From Eledone cirrhosa (taxonomy: Eukaryota): a stretch of DNA of 64,000 nt. Made by a program: the position numbers and the translations under genes. The notes below the pieces were generated by a model, which was given only the letters and a program-made list of their open reading frames with translations, did no database searches and was not told where the DNA came from. Positions 28,060 to 42,100 of the stretch are shown one piece after another. Position 1 is the first letter of the stretch. The number at the start of each line of letters is the position of its first letter. The stretch spans positions 74,214,001 to 74,278,000 of the forward strand of contig OZ024744.1 in the NCBI GenBank assembly GCA_964016885.1, in the 5' to 3' direction.

Positions 28060-31000
28060 ATCACAATCACCATTCACAGAATAACCATGCTAGAGTCTAG
28101 CTAGTTGAGATGGTATAGCTGCTAAACCATCACAATCACCATACGCATAACAACCATGCAAGAGTCTATATAGTTGAGAAGGTATAGCTGCGAAACAATC
28201 ACAATCACCATTCACATATCAACCATGCTAGAGTCTAGCAAGTTGAGATGGTAGAGCTGCTAAAGCATCACAATCACTATTCACATATCAACCATGCTAG
28301 AGTCTAGCTAGTTGAGATGGTAAGCTGCTAAACCATCACAATCACCATTCACATATCGACCATGCTAGAGTCTAGCTAGTTGAGATGGTAAAGCTGCTAA
28401 ACAATCAAAATCACTATTCACATTTCAACCATGCTAGAGTCTAGCTAGTTGAGATGGTATAGCTGCTAAACCATCACAATCACTATTCATCTATCATGCA
28501 TGCTAGAGTCTAGCTAGTTTTAGATGTTATGGCTGCTAAACCATCACAATCACCATTCATATATCAACCATGCTATAGTCTATCTTGTTGAGATGGTATG
28601 GCTGCTAAACCCTCACAATCACCATTCACACATCAACCATGCTAGAGTCTAGCTAGGTGAGATGGTATAGCTGCTAAAGCATCACATTGCCCATTCACAT
28701 ATCAACCATGCTAGCGTCTAGCTAGTTGAGATGGTATAGCTGCTAAACCATCACAAGCACCAGTCACATATCAACCATGCTAGTGTCTAGCTAGTTAAGA
28801 TGGTATAGCTGCTGAACCATCACTATCACGATTCACATATCAACCATGCTAGAGTGTAGCTATTTCAGATGGTATAGCTGCTAAAGCATCACATTGATCA
28901 TTCACATATCAACCATGCTAGAGTCTAGCTAGTTGAGATGGTATAGCTGCTAAAGCATCACAATCACCATTCACATAGCAATCATGCTAGAGTCTAGATA
29001 GTTGAGATGGTATAGCTACTAAACCATCACCATCACTATTCATATATCAACAGCTGACAAAGTCAAGCTAGTTGACATGGTATACCTGCTAAACCATCAC
29101 AAACACCATTCACATATCAACCATGCTAGAGTCTAGCTAGTTGAGATGGTATAGCTGCTAAACCATCACAATCACTATTCACATATCAACCATGCTAGAG
29201 TCTAGAAGATTGAGATGGTATATCTGCTAAACCATCACAATCAGCATTCACATATCAACCATGCTAAAGTCTAGCTAGTTGAGATAGTAATGCTGCTGAC
29301 CCATCACAATCACCATTCACATATCAACCATGCTAGAGTCTAGCTAGTTGAGATGGTATAGTTGCTAAACCATCACAATCACCATTCACATATCAACCAG
29401 CTGACGTCTAGCTAGTTGAGATGTTATAGCTGCTAAACCATCACAATCACCATTCACATATCAACGATGCTAGAGTCTAGCTAGTTGAGATGGTATAGCT
29501 GCTAAACCATCACAATCACTATTCACATATCAACCATGCTAGAGTCTAGAAGATTGAGATGGTATATCTGCTAAACCATCACAATCAGCATTCACATATC
29601 AACCATGCTAAAGTCTAGGTAGTTGAGATAGTAATGCTGCTGACCCATCACAATCACCATTCACATATCAACCATGCTAGAGTCTATATAGTTGAGATGG
29701 TATAGCTGCTAAAGCATCACAATCACCATTCACAGAATAACCATGCTAGAGTCTAGCTAGTTGAGATGGTATAGCTGCTAAACCATCACAATCACCATTC
29801 GCATAACAACCATGCAAGAGTCTATATAGTTGAGAAGGTATAACTGCAAAACAATCACAATCACCATTCACATATCAACCATGATAGAGTCTAGCTAGTT
29901 GATATGGTATAGCTGCTAAACCATCACAATAACCATTCACATTTCAACCATGCTAGAGTGTATCTAGTTGAGAAGGTATAGCTGCTATAGCATCACAATC
30001 ACCATACACATAGCAATTATGCTAGAGTCTAGCCAGTTGAGATGGTATAGCTGCTAAACCATCACAATCACCATTCACAGAATAACCATGCTAGAGTCTA
30101 GCTAGTTGAGATGGTATAGCTGCTAAACCATCACAATCACCATACGCATAACAACCATGCAAGAGTCTATATAGTTGAGAAGGTATAGCTGCGAAACAAT
30201 CACAATCACCATTCACATATCAACCATGCTAGAGTCTAGCAAGTTGAGATGGTAGAGCTGCTAAAGCATCACAATCACTATTCACATATCAACCATGCTA
30301 GAGTCTAGCTAGTTTAGAAGGTATAGCTGCTAAATCATGACAATCACTATTCACATATCAACCATGCTAGAGTCTAGCTAGTTGAGATGGTAAGCTGCTA
30401 AACCATCACAATCACCATTCACATATCGACCATGCTAGAGTCTAGCTAGTTGAGATGGTAAAGCTGCTAAACAATCAAAATCACTATTCACATTTCAACC
30501 ATGCTAGAGTCTAGCTAGTTGAGATGGTATAGCTGCTAAACCATCACAATCACTATTCATCTATCATGCATGCTAGAGTCTAGCTAGTTTTAGATGTTAT
30601 GGCTGCTAAACCATCACAATCACCATTCATATATCAACCATGCTATAGTCTATCTTGTTGAGATGGTATGGCTGCTAAACCCTCACAATCACCATTCACA
30701 CATCAACCATGCTAGAGTCTAGCTAGGTGAGATGGTATAGCTGCTAAAGCATCACATTGCCCATTCACATATCAACCATGCTAGCGTCTAGCTAGTTGAG
30801 ATGGTATAGCTGCTAAACCATCACAAGCACCAGTCACATATCAACCATGCTAGTGTCTAGCTAGTTAAGATGGTATAGCTGCTGAACCATCACTATCACG
30901 ATTCACATATCAACCATGCTAGAGTGTAGCTATTTCAGATGGTATAGCTGCTAAAGCATCACATTGATCATTCACATATCAACCATGCTAGAGTCTAGCT

Positions 31001-32135
31001 AGTTGAGATGGTATAGCTGCTAAAGCATCACAATCACCATTCACATAGCAATCATGCTAGAGTCTAGATAGTTGAGATGGTATAGCTACTAAACCATCAC
31101 CATCACTATTCATATATCAACAGCTGACAAAGTCAAGCTAGTTGACATGGTATACCTGCTAAACCATCACAAACACCATTCACATATCAACCATGCTAGA
31201 GTCTAGCTAGTTGAGATGGTATAGCTGCTAAACCATCACAATCACTATTCACATATCAACCATGCTAGAGTCTAGAAGATTGAGATGGTATATCTGCTAA
31301 ACCATCACAATCAGCATTCACATATCAACCATGCTAAAGTCTAGCTAGTTGAGATAGTAATGCTGCTGACCCATCACAATCACCATTCACATATCAACCA
31401 TGCTAGAGTCTAGCTAGTTGAGATGGTATAGTTGCTAAACCATCACAATCACCATTCACATATCAACCAGCTGACGTCTAGCTAGTTGAGATGTTATAGC
31501 TGCTAAACCATCACAATCACCATTCACATATCAACGATGCTAGAGTCTAGCTAGTTGAGATGGTATAGCTGCTAAACCATCACAATCACTATTCACATAT
31601 CAACCATGCTAGAGTCTAGAAGATTGAGATGGTATATCTGCTAAACCATCACAATCAGCATTCACATATCAACCATGCTAAAGTCTAGGTAGTTGAGATA
31701 GTAATGCTGCTGACCCATCACAATCACCATTCACATATCAACCATGCTAGAGTCTATATAGTTGAGATGGTATAGCTGCTAAAGCATCACAATCACCATT
31801 CACAGAATAACCATGCTAGAGTCTAGCTAGTTGAGATGGTATAGCTGCTAAACCATCACAATCACCATTCGCATAACAACCATGCAAGAGTCTATATAGT
31901 TGAGAAGGTATAACTGCAAAACAATCACAATCACCATTCACATATCAACCATGATAGAGTCTAGCTAGTTGATATGGTATAGCTGCTAAACCATCACAAT
32001 AACCATTCACATTTCAACCATGCTAGAGTGTATCTAGTTGAGAAGGTATAGCTGCTATAGCATCACAATCACCATACACATAGCAATTATGCTAGAGTCT
32101 AGCCAGTTGAGATGGTATAGCTGCTAAACCATCAC
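28060..32135. repeat. Tandem duplication of about 30 divergent monomers (period 2070 bp)
   Basis: TAAGCTG at 28321/30391, CTATCATGCA at 28491/30561 and ACCATACACATAGCAATT at 30001/32071 are all offset by 2070. The first few monomers are offset by 2001 because copy 2 has one extra monomer near 30290-30360. Confidence 0.92.
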
Positions 32136-33779
32136 AATAACCATTCACATAATAACCATGCTAGAGTCTAGCTAGTTGAGATGGTATAGCTGCTAAACCA
32201 TCATAATCACCTTTCACATTTACACCATGCTAGAGTGTATCTAGTTGAGATGGTATAGCTACTAAACAAACAATCACTATTCACATTTCAAACATGCTAG
32301 AGTCTAGCTAGTTGAGATGGTATAGCCTCTAAACCATCGCAATCACCATTCACATATCAACCATGCTAGAGTCTAGCTAGTTGAGATGGTATAGCTGCTA
32401 AACCATCACAATCACTATTCACAAATCAACCATGCTAGAGTCTAACTAGTTGAGATGGTATAGCTGCTAATCCACCACAATCACTATTCACATATCAACC
32501 ATGCTAGAGTCTAGATAGTTGAGATGGTATAGCTGCTAAACCATCATAATCACCATTCACATTTCAACCAAGCTAGAGTATAGCTAGTTCAGATGGTAAA
32601 GCTGCTAAACCATCACAATCACCATTCACATAGCAATCATGCTAGAGTCTAGCTAGTTGAAATGGTATAGCTGCTAAAGCATCAAGATCACCATTCACAT
32701 AATAACCATGCTAGTGTCTAGCTAGTTGAGATGGTAAAGCTGCTAAACAATCACAATCACTATTCATATTTCAACCATGCTAGAGTCTAGCTAGTTGAGA
32801 TGGTATAGCTGCTAAACCATCACAATCACTATTCAGATATCAGACATGCTAGACTCCAGCTTGTTGAGATGGATTAGCTGCTAAACCATCATAATCACAA
32901 TTCACATATCAACCATGCTATAATCTAGCTAGTTGAGATGGTATAGCTGCTAAACCACCACAATCACCATTCATATATCAACCATGCTAGAGTCTTGCTA
33001 GTTGAGATGGTATATCTGCTAAACCATCACAATCACTATTCACATATCAACCATGCTAGAGTCCAGATAGTTGAGATGGTATAGCTGCTAAACCACCACA
33101 ATCACTATTCACATATCAACCATGCTAGAGACTAGGTAGTTGAGATGGTATTGCTGTTAAACCATCACAATCACTATTCACATATCAACCATGCAAGAGT
33201 CTAGATAGTTGAGATGGTATAGCTGCTAAACCATCATAATCACCATTCACATTTCAACCATGCTAGAGTATAGCTTGTTCAGATGGTATAGCTGCTAAAC
33301 CATCACAATCACCATTCACATTTCAACCATGCTAGAGTATAGCTAGTTCAGATGGTATAGCTGCTAAACCATCACAATCACCATTCATATATCAACCCTG
33401 ACAAAGTCTAGCTAGGTGAGATGGTATAACTACTAAACCATCACTATCACCTTTCACATTTCAACCATGCTAGAGTGTATCTAGTTGAGATGGTATAGCT
33501 ACTAAACAAACACAATCACTATTCACATTTCAACCATGCTAGAATCTAGCTAGTTGAGATGGTATAGCTGCTAAACCATCACAATCACTATTCACATATC
33601 AACCATGCTAGTCTCTAGCTAGTTGAGATGGTGTAGCTTCTAAACCACCACAATCACTATTCTCATATCAACCATGCTAGAGACTAGGTAGTTGAGATGG
33701 TATAGCTGTTAAACCATCACAATCACTATTCACATATCAACCATGCTAGAGACTAGGTAGTTGAGATGGTATAGCTGCT

Positions 33780-36700
33780 AAACCATGACAATCACCTTTC
33801 ACATTTCAACCATGCTAGAGTGTATCTAGTTGAGATGGTATAGCTACTAAATATACACAATCACTATTCACATTTCAAACATGCTAGAGTTTAGCTAGTT
33901 GAGATGGTATAGCTGCTAAACCATCACAATCACCATTCAAATATCAACCATGCTAGAGACAAGGTAGTTGTGATAGTATAGCTGCTAAACCATCACAAAC
34001 ACTATTCATATATCAGACATGCTAGACTCTAGCTAGTTGAGATGGATTAGCTGCTAAACCATCATAATCACCATTCACGTATCAACCATGCTAGAGTCTA
34101 GCTAGTTGAGATGGTATAGCTGCTAAACAATCACAATCTCCATTCACATATCAACCATGCTAGAGTCTAGCTAGTTGAGATGGTATAGCTGCTAAACCAT
34201 TACAATCACAATTCACAAATCAACCATGCTAGAATCTAGCTAGTTGAGATGGTATAGCTGCTAAACCACCACAATCACCATTCACATATCAACCTTGCTA
34301 GAGTCTAACTAGTTGAGATGGTATAGCTGCTAAACCATCACGATCACTATTCACATATCAACCATGCTAGAGTCTAGCTAGTTGAGATGGTATAGCTGCT
34401 AAACCACCACAATCACTATTCACATATCAACCAAGCTAGAGACTGGGTAGTTGAGATGGTATAGCTGCTAAAGCATCATAATCACCATTCACATTTCAAC
34501 CATGCTAGAGTATAGCTAGTTCAGATGGTATAGCTGCTAAACCATCACAATCACCATTCACATTTCAACCATGCTAGATTATAGCTAGTTCAGATGGTAT
34601 AGCTGCTAAACCATCACAATCACCATTCATATATAAACCCTGACAAAGTCTAGCTAGGTGAGATGGTATAGCTGCTAAACCATCACCATCACTATTCACA
34701 TACCAACCATGCTAGAGTCTAGCTAGTTGAGATGGTATAGCTGCTAAAGCATCACAATCACCATTCACACAATAACCATGCTAGAGTCTAGCTAGTTGAG
34801 ATGGTATAGCTGCTAAACCATGACAATCACCTTTCACATTTCAACCATGCTAGAGTGTATCTAGTTGAGATGGTATAGCTGCTAAAGCATCACAATCACC
34901 ATACACATAGCAATCATGCTAGAGTCTAGCTAGTTGAGATGGTATAGCTGCTAAACCATCACAATCACCAATCACATATCAACGATGCTAGAGTCTAGCT
35001 AGTTGAGATGATATAGCTGCTAAAGCATCACAATCACCATTCACATAATAACATGCTAGAGTCTAGCTAGTTGAGATGGTATAGCTGCTAAACCATGACA
35101 ATCACCTTTCACATTTCAACCATGCTAGAGTGTATCTAGTTGAGATGGTATAGCTGCTAAAGCATCACAATCACCATACACATAGCAATCATGCTAGAGT
35201 CTAGCTAGTTGAGATGGTATAGCTGCTATATCAACGATGCTAGAGTCGAGCTAGTTATGATGGTATAGCTGCTAAAGCATCACAATCACCATTCACATAA
35301 TAACCATGCTACAGTCTAGCTAGTTGAGATGGTATAGCTGCTAAACCATGACAATCACCTTTCACATTTCAACCATGCTAGAGTGTATCTAGTTGAGATG
35401 GTATAGCTACTAAACAAACACAATCACTATTCACATTTCAAACATGCTAGAGTCTAGCTAGTTGAGATGATATAGCTGCTAAACCATCAGAATCACCATT
35501 CACATATCAAACATGCTAGAGTCTAGCTAGTTGAGATGGTATAGCTGCTAAACTATCACAAATCACCATTCACATATCAACCATGCAAGAGTCTAGTTAG
35601 CTGAGAAGCTATAGCTGCTAAACAATCACAATCACCATTCACATATCAACCATGCTAGAGTCTAGGTAGTTGAGATATTATAGCTGCTAAACCATGGCAA
35701 TCACTATACACACATATCAACCATGCTAGAGTCTATCTAGTTGATATGGTATAGCTGCTAAACCATCACAATCACAATTCACATATCAACCATGCTAGAG
35801 TCTAGCTAGTTGAGATGGTATAGCTGCTAAACCATCACAATCACCATTCACATATCAACGATGCTAGAGTCTTGCTAGTTGAGATGGTATAGCTGCTAAA
35901 CCACCACAATCACCATTCACATATCAACCTTGCTAGAGTCTAGCTAGTTGAGATTGTATAGCTGCTAAACCACCACAATCACTATTCACATATCAACCAA
36001 GCTAGAGACTGGGTATTTGAGATGGTATAGCTGCTAAACCATCATAATCACCATTCACATTTCAACCATGCTAGAGTATAGCTAGTTCAGATGGTATAGC
36101 TGCTAAACCATCACCATCACCATTCACATTTCAACCATGCTAGATTATAGCTAGTTCAGATGGTATAGCTGCTAAAGCATCACAATCACCATTCACACAA
36201 TAACCATGCTAGAGTCTAGCTAGTTGAGATGGTATAGCTGCTAAACCATCACAATCACTATTCACATACCAACCATGCTAGAGTCTAGCTAGTTGAGATG
36301 GTATAGCTGCTAAAGCATCACAATCACCATTCACACAATAACCATGCTAGAGTCTAGCTAGTTGAGATGGTATCGCTGCTAAACCATGACAATCACCTTT
36401 CACATTTCAACCATGCTAGAGTGTATCTAGTTGAGATGGTATAGCTGCTAAAGCATCACAATCACCATACACATAGCAATCATGCTAGAGACTAGCTAGT
36501 TGAGATGGTATAGCTGCTAAACCATCACAATCACCATTCACATATCAACGATGCTAGAGTCTAGCTAGTTGAGATGGTATAGCTGATAAACCATGACAAT
36601 CACCTTTCACATTTCAACCATGCTAGAGTGTATCTAGTTGAGATGGTATAGCTACTAAACAAACACAATCACTATTCACGTTTCAAACATGCTAGAGTCT

Positions 36701-38940
36701 AGCTAGTTGAGATGATATAGCTGCTAAACCATCAGAATCACCATTCACATATCAAACATGCTAGAGTCTAGCTAGTTGAGATGGTATAGCTGCTAAACTA
36801 TCACAAATCACCATTCACATATCAACCATGCAAGAGTCTAGTTAGCTGAGAAGCTATAGCTGCTAAACAATCACAATCACCATTCACATATCAACCATGC
36901 TAGAGTCTAGGTAGTTGAGATGGTATAGCTGCTAAACCATGACAATCACTATACACACATATCAACCATGCTAGAGTCTATCTAGTAGATATGGTATAGC
37001 TGCTAAACCATCACAATCACAATTCACATATCAACCATGCTAGAGTCTAGCTAGTTGAGATGGTATAGCTGCTAAACCATCACAATCACCATTCACATAT
37101 CAACGATCCTAGAGTCTTGCTATTTGAGATGGTATAGCTGCTAAACCACCACTATCACCATTCACATATCAACCTTGCTAGAGTCTAACTAGTTGAGATG
37201 GTATAGCTGCTAAACCATCACAATCACCATTCATATATAAACCCTGACAAAGTCTAGCAAGGTGAGATGGTATAGCTGCTAAACCATCACAATCACTATT
37301 CATATATCAACCATGCTAGAGTCTATCTAGTTGAGATGGTATAGCTGCTAAAGCATCACAATCACCATTCACACAATAACCATGCTAGAGTCTAGCTAGT
37401 TGAGATGGTATAGCTGCTAAACCATGACAATCACCTTTCACATTTCAACCATGCTAGAGTGTATTTAGTTGAGATGGTATAGCTGCTAAAGCATCACAAT
37501 CACCATACACATAGCAATCATGCTAGTGTCTAGCTAGTTGAGATGGTATAGCTGCTAAACCATCACAATCACCATTCACATATCAACGATGCTAGAGTCT
37601 AGCTAGTTGAGATGGTATAGCTGCTAAAGCATCACAATCACCATTCACATAATAACCATGCTACAGTCTAGCTAGTTGAGATGGTATAGCTGCTAAACCA
37701 TGACAATCACCTTTCACATTTCAAACATGCTAGAGTCTAGCTAGTTGAGATGATATAGCTGCTAAACCATCAGAATCACCATTCACATATCAAACATGCT
37801 AGAGTCTAGCTAGTTGAGATGGTATAGCTGCTAAACTATCACAAATCACCATTCACATATCAACCATGCAAGAGTCTAGTTAGCTGAGAAGCTATAGCTG
37901 CTAAACAATCACAATCACCATTCACATATCAACCATGCTAGAGTCTAGGTAGTTGAGATGGTATAGCTGCTAAACCATGACAATCACTATACACACATAT
38001 CAACCATGCTAGAGTCTATCTAGTTGATATGGTATAGCTGCTAAACCATCACAATCACAATTCACATATCAACGATGCTAGAGTCTTGCTAGTTGAGATG
38101 GTATAGCTGCTAAACCACCACAATCACCATTCACATATCAACCTTGCTAGAGTCTAGCTAGTTGAGATTGTATAGCTGCTAAACCACCACAATCACTATT
38201 CACATATCAACCAAGCTAGAGACTGGGTAGTGGAGATGGTATAGCTGCTAAACCATCATAATCACCATTCACATTTCAACCATGCTAGAGTATAGCTAGT
38301 TCAGATGGTATAGCTGCTAAACCATCACAATCACCATTCACATTTCAACCATGCTAGATTATAGCTAGTTCAGATGGTATAGCTGCTAAACCATCACAAT
38401 CACCATTCATATATAAACCCTGACAAAGTCTAGCTAGGTGAGATGGTATAGCTGCTAAACCATCACAATCACTATTCACATACCAACCATGCTAGAGTCT
38501 AGCTAGTTGAGATGGTATAGCTGCTAAAGCATCACAATCACCATTCACACAATAACCATGCTAGAGTCTAGCTAGTTGAGATGGTATCGCTGCTAAACCA
38601 TGACAATCACCTTTCACATTTCAACCATGCTAGAGTGTATCTAGTTGAGATGGTATAGCTGCTAAAGCATCACAATCACCATACACATAGCAATCATGCT
38701 AGAGTCTAGCTAGTTGAGATGGTATAGCTGCTAAACCATCACAATCACCATTCACATATCAACGATGCTAGAGTCTAGCTAGTTGAGATGGTATAGCTGA
38801 TAAACCATGACAATCACCTTTCACATTTCAACCATGCTAGAGTGTATCTAGTTGAGATGGTATAGCTACTAAACAAACACAATCACTATTCACGTTTCAA
38901 ACATGCTAGAGTCTAGCTAGTTGAGATGATATAGCTGCTA
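33780..38940. repeat. Domain of shuffled 15-18-monomer blocks
   Basis: Marker CTATCACAAATC (+1 insertion) at 35553, 36798, 37836 (spacings 18x69+3 and 15x69+3), linked each time to the +2 variant CACTATACACACATATC. Confidence 0.8.
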
Positions 38941-39105
38941 AACCATGACAAGCACCTTTCACATATCAACCATGCAAGAGTCTAGATAGTTGAGAAGGTA
39001 TAGCTGCTAAACAATCACAATCACCATTCACATATCAACCATGCTAGAGTCTAGCAAGTTGAGATGGTATAGCTGCTAAAGAATCACAATCACCGTTCAC
39101 ATATA

Positions 39106-42100
39106 AACGATGCTAGAGTCTAGCTAGTTGAGATGATATAGCTCTTAAACCATCACAATCACCATTCACATATCAACCATGCTAGAATCTAGCTAGTTGA
39201 GATGGTATAGCTGCTAAACTATCACAATCACCATTCACATATCAACCATGCAAGAGTCTAGATAGTTGACAATGTATAGCTGCTAAACGATCACAATCAC
39301 AATTCACATATCAACCATGCTAGAGTCTAGCTAGTTGAGATGGTATAGCTGCTAAACCATCACAATCACTATTCATATATCAACCATGCTAGAGTCTAGC
39401 TAGTTGGGATGGTATAGCTGCTAAAGCATCACAATCACCATTCACATAGCAATCATGCTAGAGTCTAGCTAGTTGAGATGGTATAGCAGCTAAACCATCA
39501 CAATCACCATTCACATATCAACGATGCTAGAGTCTTGCTAGTTGAGATGGTATAGCTGCTAAACCATCACAATAACCATTCACATATCAAGCATGCTAGA
39601 GTCTAGTTAGTTGAGATGGTATAGCTGCTAAACCATCACTATCACCATTCACATATCAACCATGCTAGAGTCTAGCAAGTTGAGATGGTAGAGCTGCTAA
39701 ACCATGACAATCACTATTCACATATCAACCATGCTAGAGTTTAGCTAGTTGAGATGGTACAGCTGCTAAACCATCACAATCACCATTCACATATCAACCA
39801 TGCTAGAGTCTAGCTAGTTGAGATGGTAAAGCTACTAAACCATCACAATCACCATTCACATATCAACCATGCTAGTGTCTAGATAGTTGAGATGGTATAG
39901 CTGCTAAACAATCACAATCACCATTCACATATCAACCATGCTAAAGTCTATCTAGTTGATATGGTATAGCTGCTAAACCATCACAATCACTATTCATATA
40001 TCAACCATGCTAGAGTCTAGCTAGTTGAGATGGTACAGCTGCTAAACCATCACAATCACCATTCACATATCAACCATCCTAGAGTCTAGCTAGTTGAGAT
40101 GGTAAAGCTACTAAACCATCACAATCACCATTCACATATCAACCATGCTAGTGTCTAGATAGTTGAGATGGTATAGCTGCTAACCATCACTATCACTATA
40201 CACATATCAACCATGCTAAAGTCTATCTAGTTGATATGGTATAGCTGCTAAACCATCACAATCACTATTCATATATCAACCATGCTAGAGTCTAGCTAGT
40301 TGAGATGGTATAGCTGCTAAACCATCACAATCACCATTCACATATCAAGCATGCTAGAGTCTAGTTAGTTGAGATGGTATAGCTGCTAAACCATCACTAT
40401 CACCATTAACATATCAACCATGCTAGAGTCTAGCAAGTTGAGATGGTAGAGCTGCTAAACCATGACAATCACTATTCACATATCAACCATGCTAGAGTTT
40501 AGCTAGTTGAGATGGTACAGCTGCTAAACCATCACAATCACCATTCACATATCAACCATGCTAGAGTCTAGCTAGTTGAGATGGTAAAGCTACTAAACCA
40601 TCACAATCACCATTCACATATCAACCATGCTAGTGTCTAGATAGTTGAGATGGTATAGCTGCTAACCATCACTATCACTATACATATATCAACCATGCTA
40701 AAGTCTATATAGTTGATATGGTATAGCTGCTAAACCATCACAATCACTATTCATATATCAACCATGCTAGAGTCTAGCTAGTTGAGATGGTATAGCTGCT
40801 AAAGCATCACAATCACCATTCACATAATAACCATGCTAGAGTCTAGCTAGTTGAGATGGTATAGCTGCTAAACCGTGACAATCACCTTTCACATTTCAAC
40901 CATGCTAGAGTGTATCTAGTTGAGATGGTATAGCTACTAAACCATCATAATCACCATTCACGTATCAACCAAGCTAGAGTCTAGCTAGTTGAGATGATAT
41001 AGCTCTTAAACCATCACAATCACCATTCACATATCAACCATGCTAGAGTCTAGCTAGTTGAGATGGTATAGTTGCTAAACTATCACAATCACAATTCACA
41101 TATCAACCATGCAAGAGTCTAGATAGTTGACAATGTATAGCTGCTAAACGATCACAATCACCATTCACATATCAACCATGCTAGAGTCTAGCTAGTTGAG
41201 ATGGTATAGCTGCTAAACCATCACAATCACTATTCATATATCAACCATGCTAGAGTCTAGCTAGTTGGGATGGTATAGCTGCTAAAGCATCACAATCACC
41301 ATTCACATAGCAATCATGCTAGAGTCTAGCTAGTTGAGATGGTATAGCAGCTAAACCATCACAATCACCATTCACATATCAACGATGCTAGAGTCTTGCT
41401 AGTTGAGATGGTATAGCTGCTAAACCATCACAATCACCATTCACATATCAAGCATGCTAGAGTCTAGTTAGTTGAGATGGTATAGCTGCTAAACCATCAC
41501 TATCACCATTCACATATCAACCATGCTAGAGTCTAGCAAGTTGACATGGTAGAGCTGCTAAACCATGACAATCACTATTCACATATCAACCATGCTAGAG
41601 TTTAGCTAGTTGAGATGGTACAGCTGCTAAACCATCACAATCACCATTCACATATCAACCATGCTAGAGTCTAGCTAGTTGAGATGGTAAAGCTACTAAA
41701 CCATCACAATCACCATTCACATATCAACCATGCTAGTGTCTAGATAGTTGAGATGGTATAGCTGCTAAACAATCACAATCACCATTCACATATCAACCAT
41801 GCTAAAGTCTATCTAGTTGATATGGTATAGCTGCTAAACCATCACAATCACTATTCATATATCAACCATGCTAGAGTCTAGCTAGTTGAGATGGTACAGC
41901 TGCTAAACCATCACAATCACCATTCACATATCAACCATGCTAGAGTCTAGCTAGTTGAGATGGTAAAGCTACTAAACCATCACAATCACCATTCACATAT
42001 CAACCATGCTAGTGTCTAGATAGTTGAGATGGTATAGCTGCTAACCATCACTATCACTATACACATATCAACCATGCTAAAGTCTATCTAGTTGATATGG

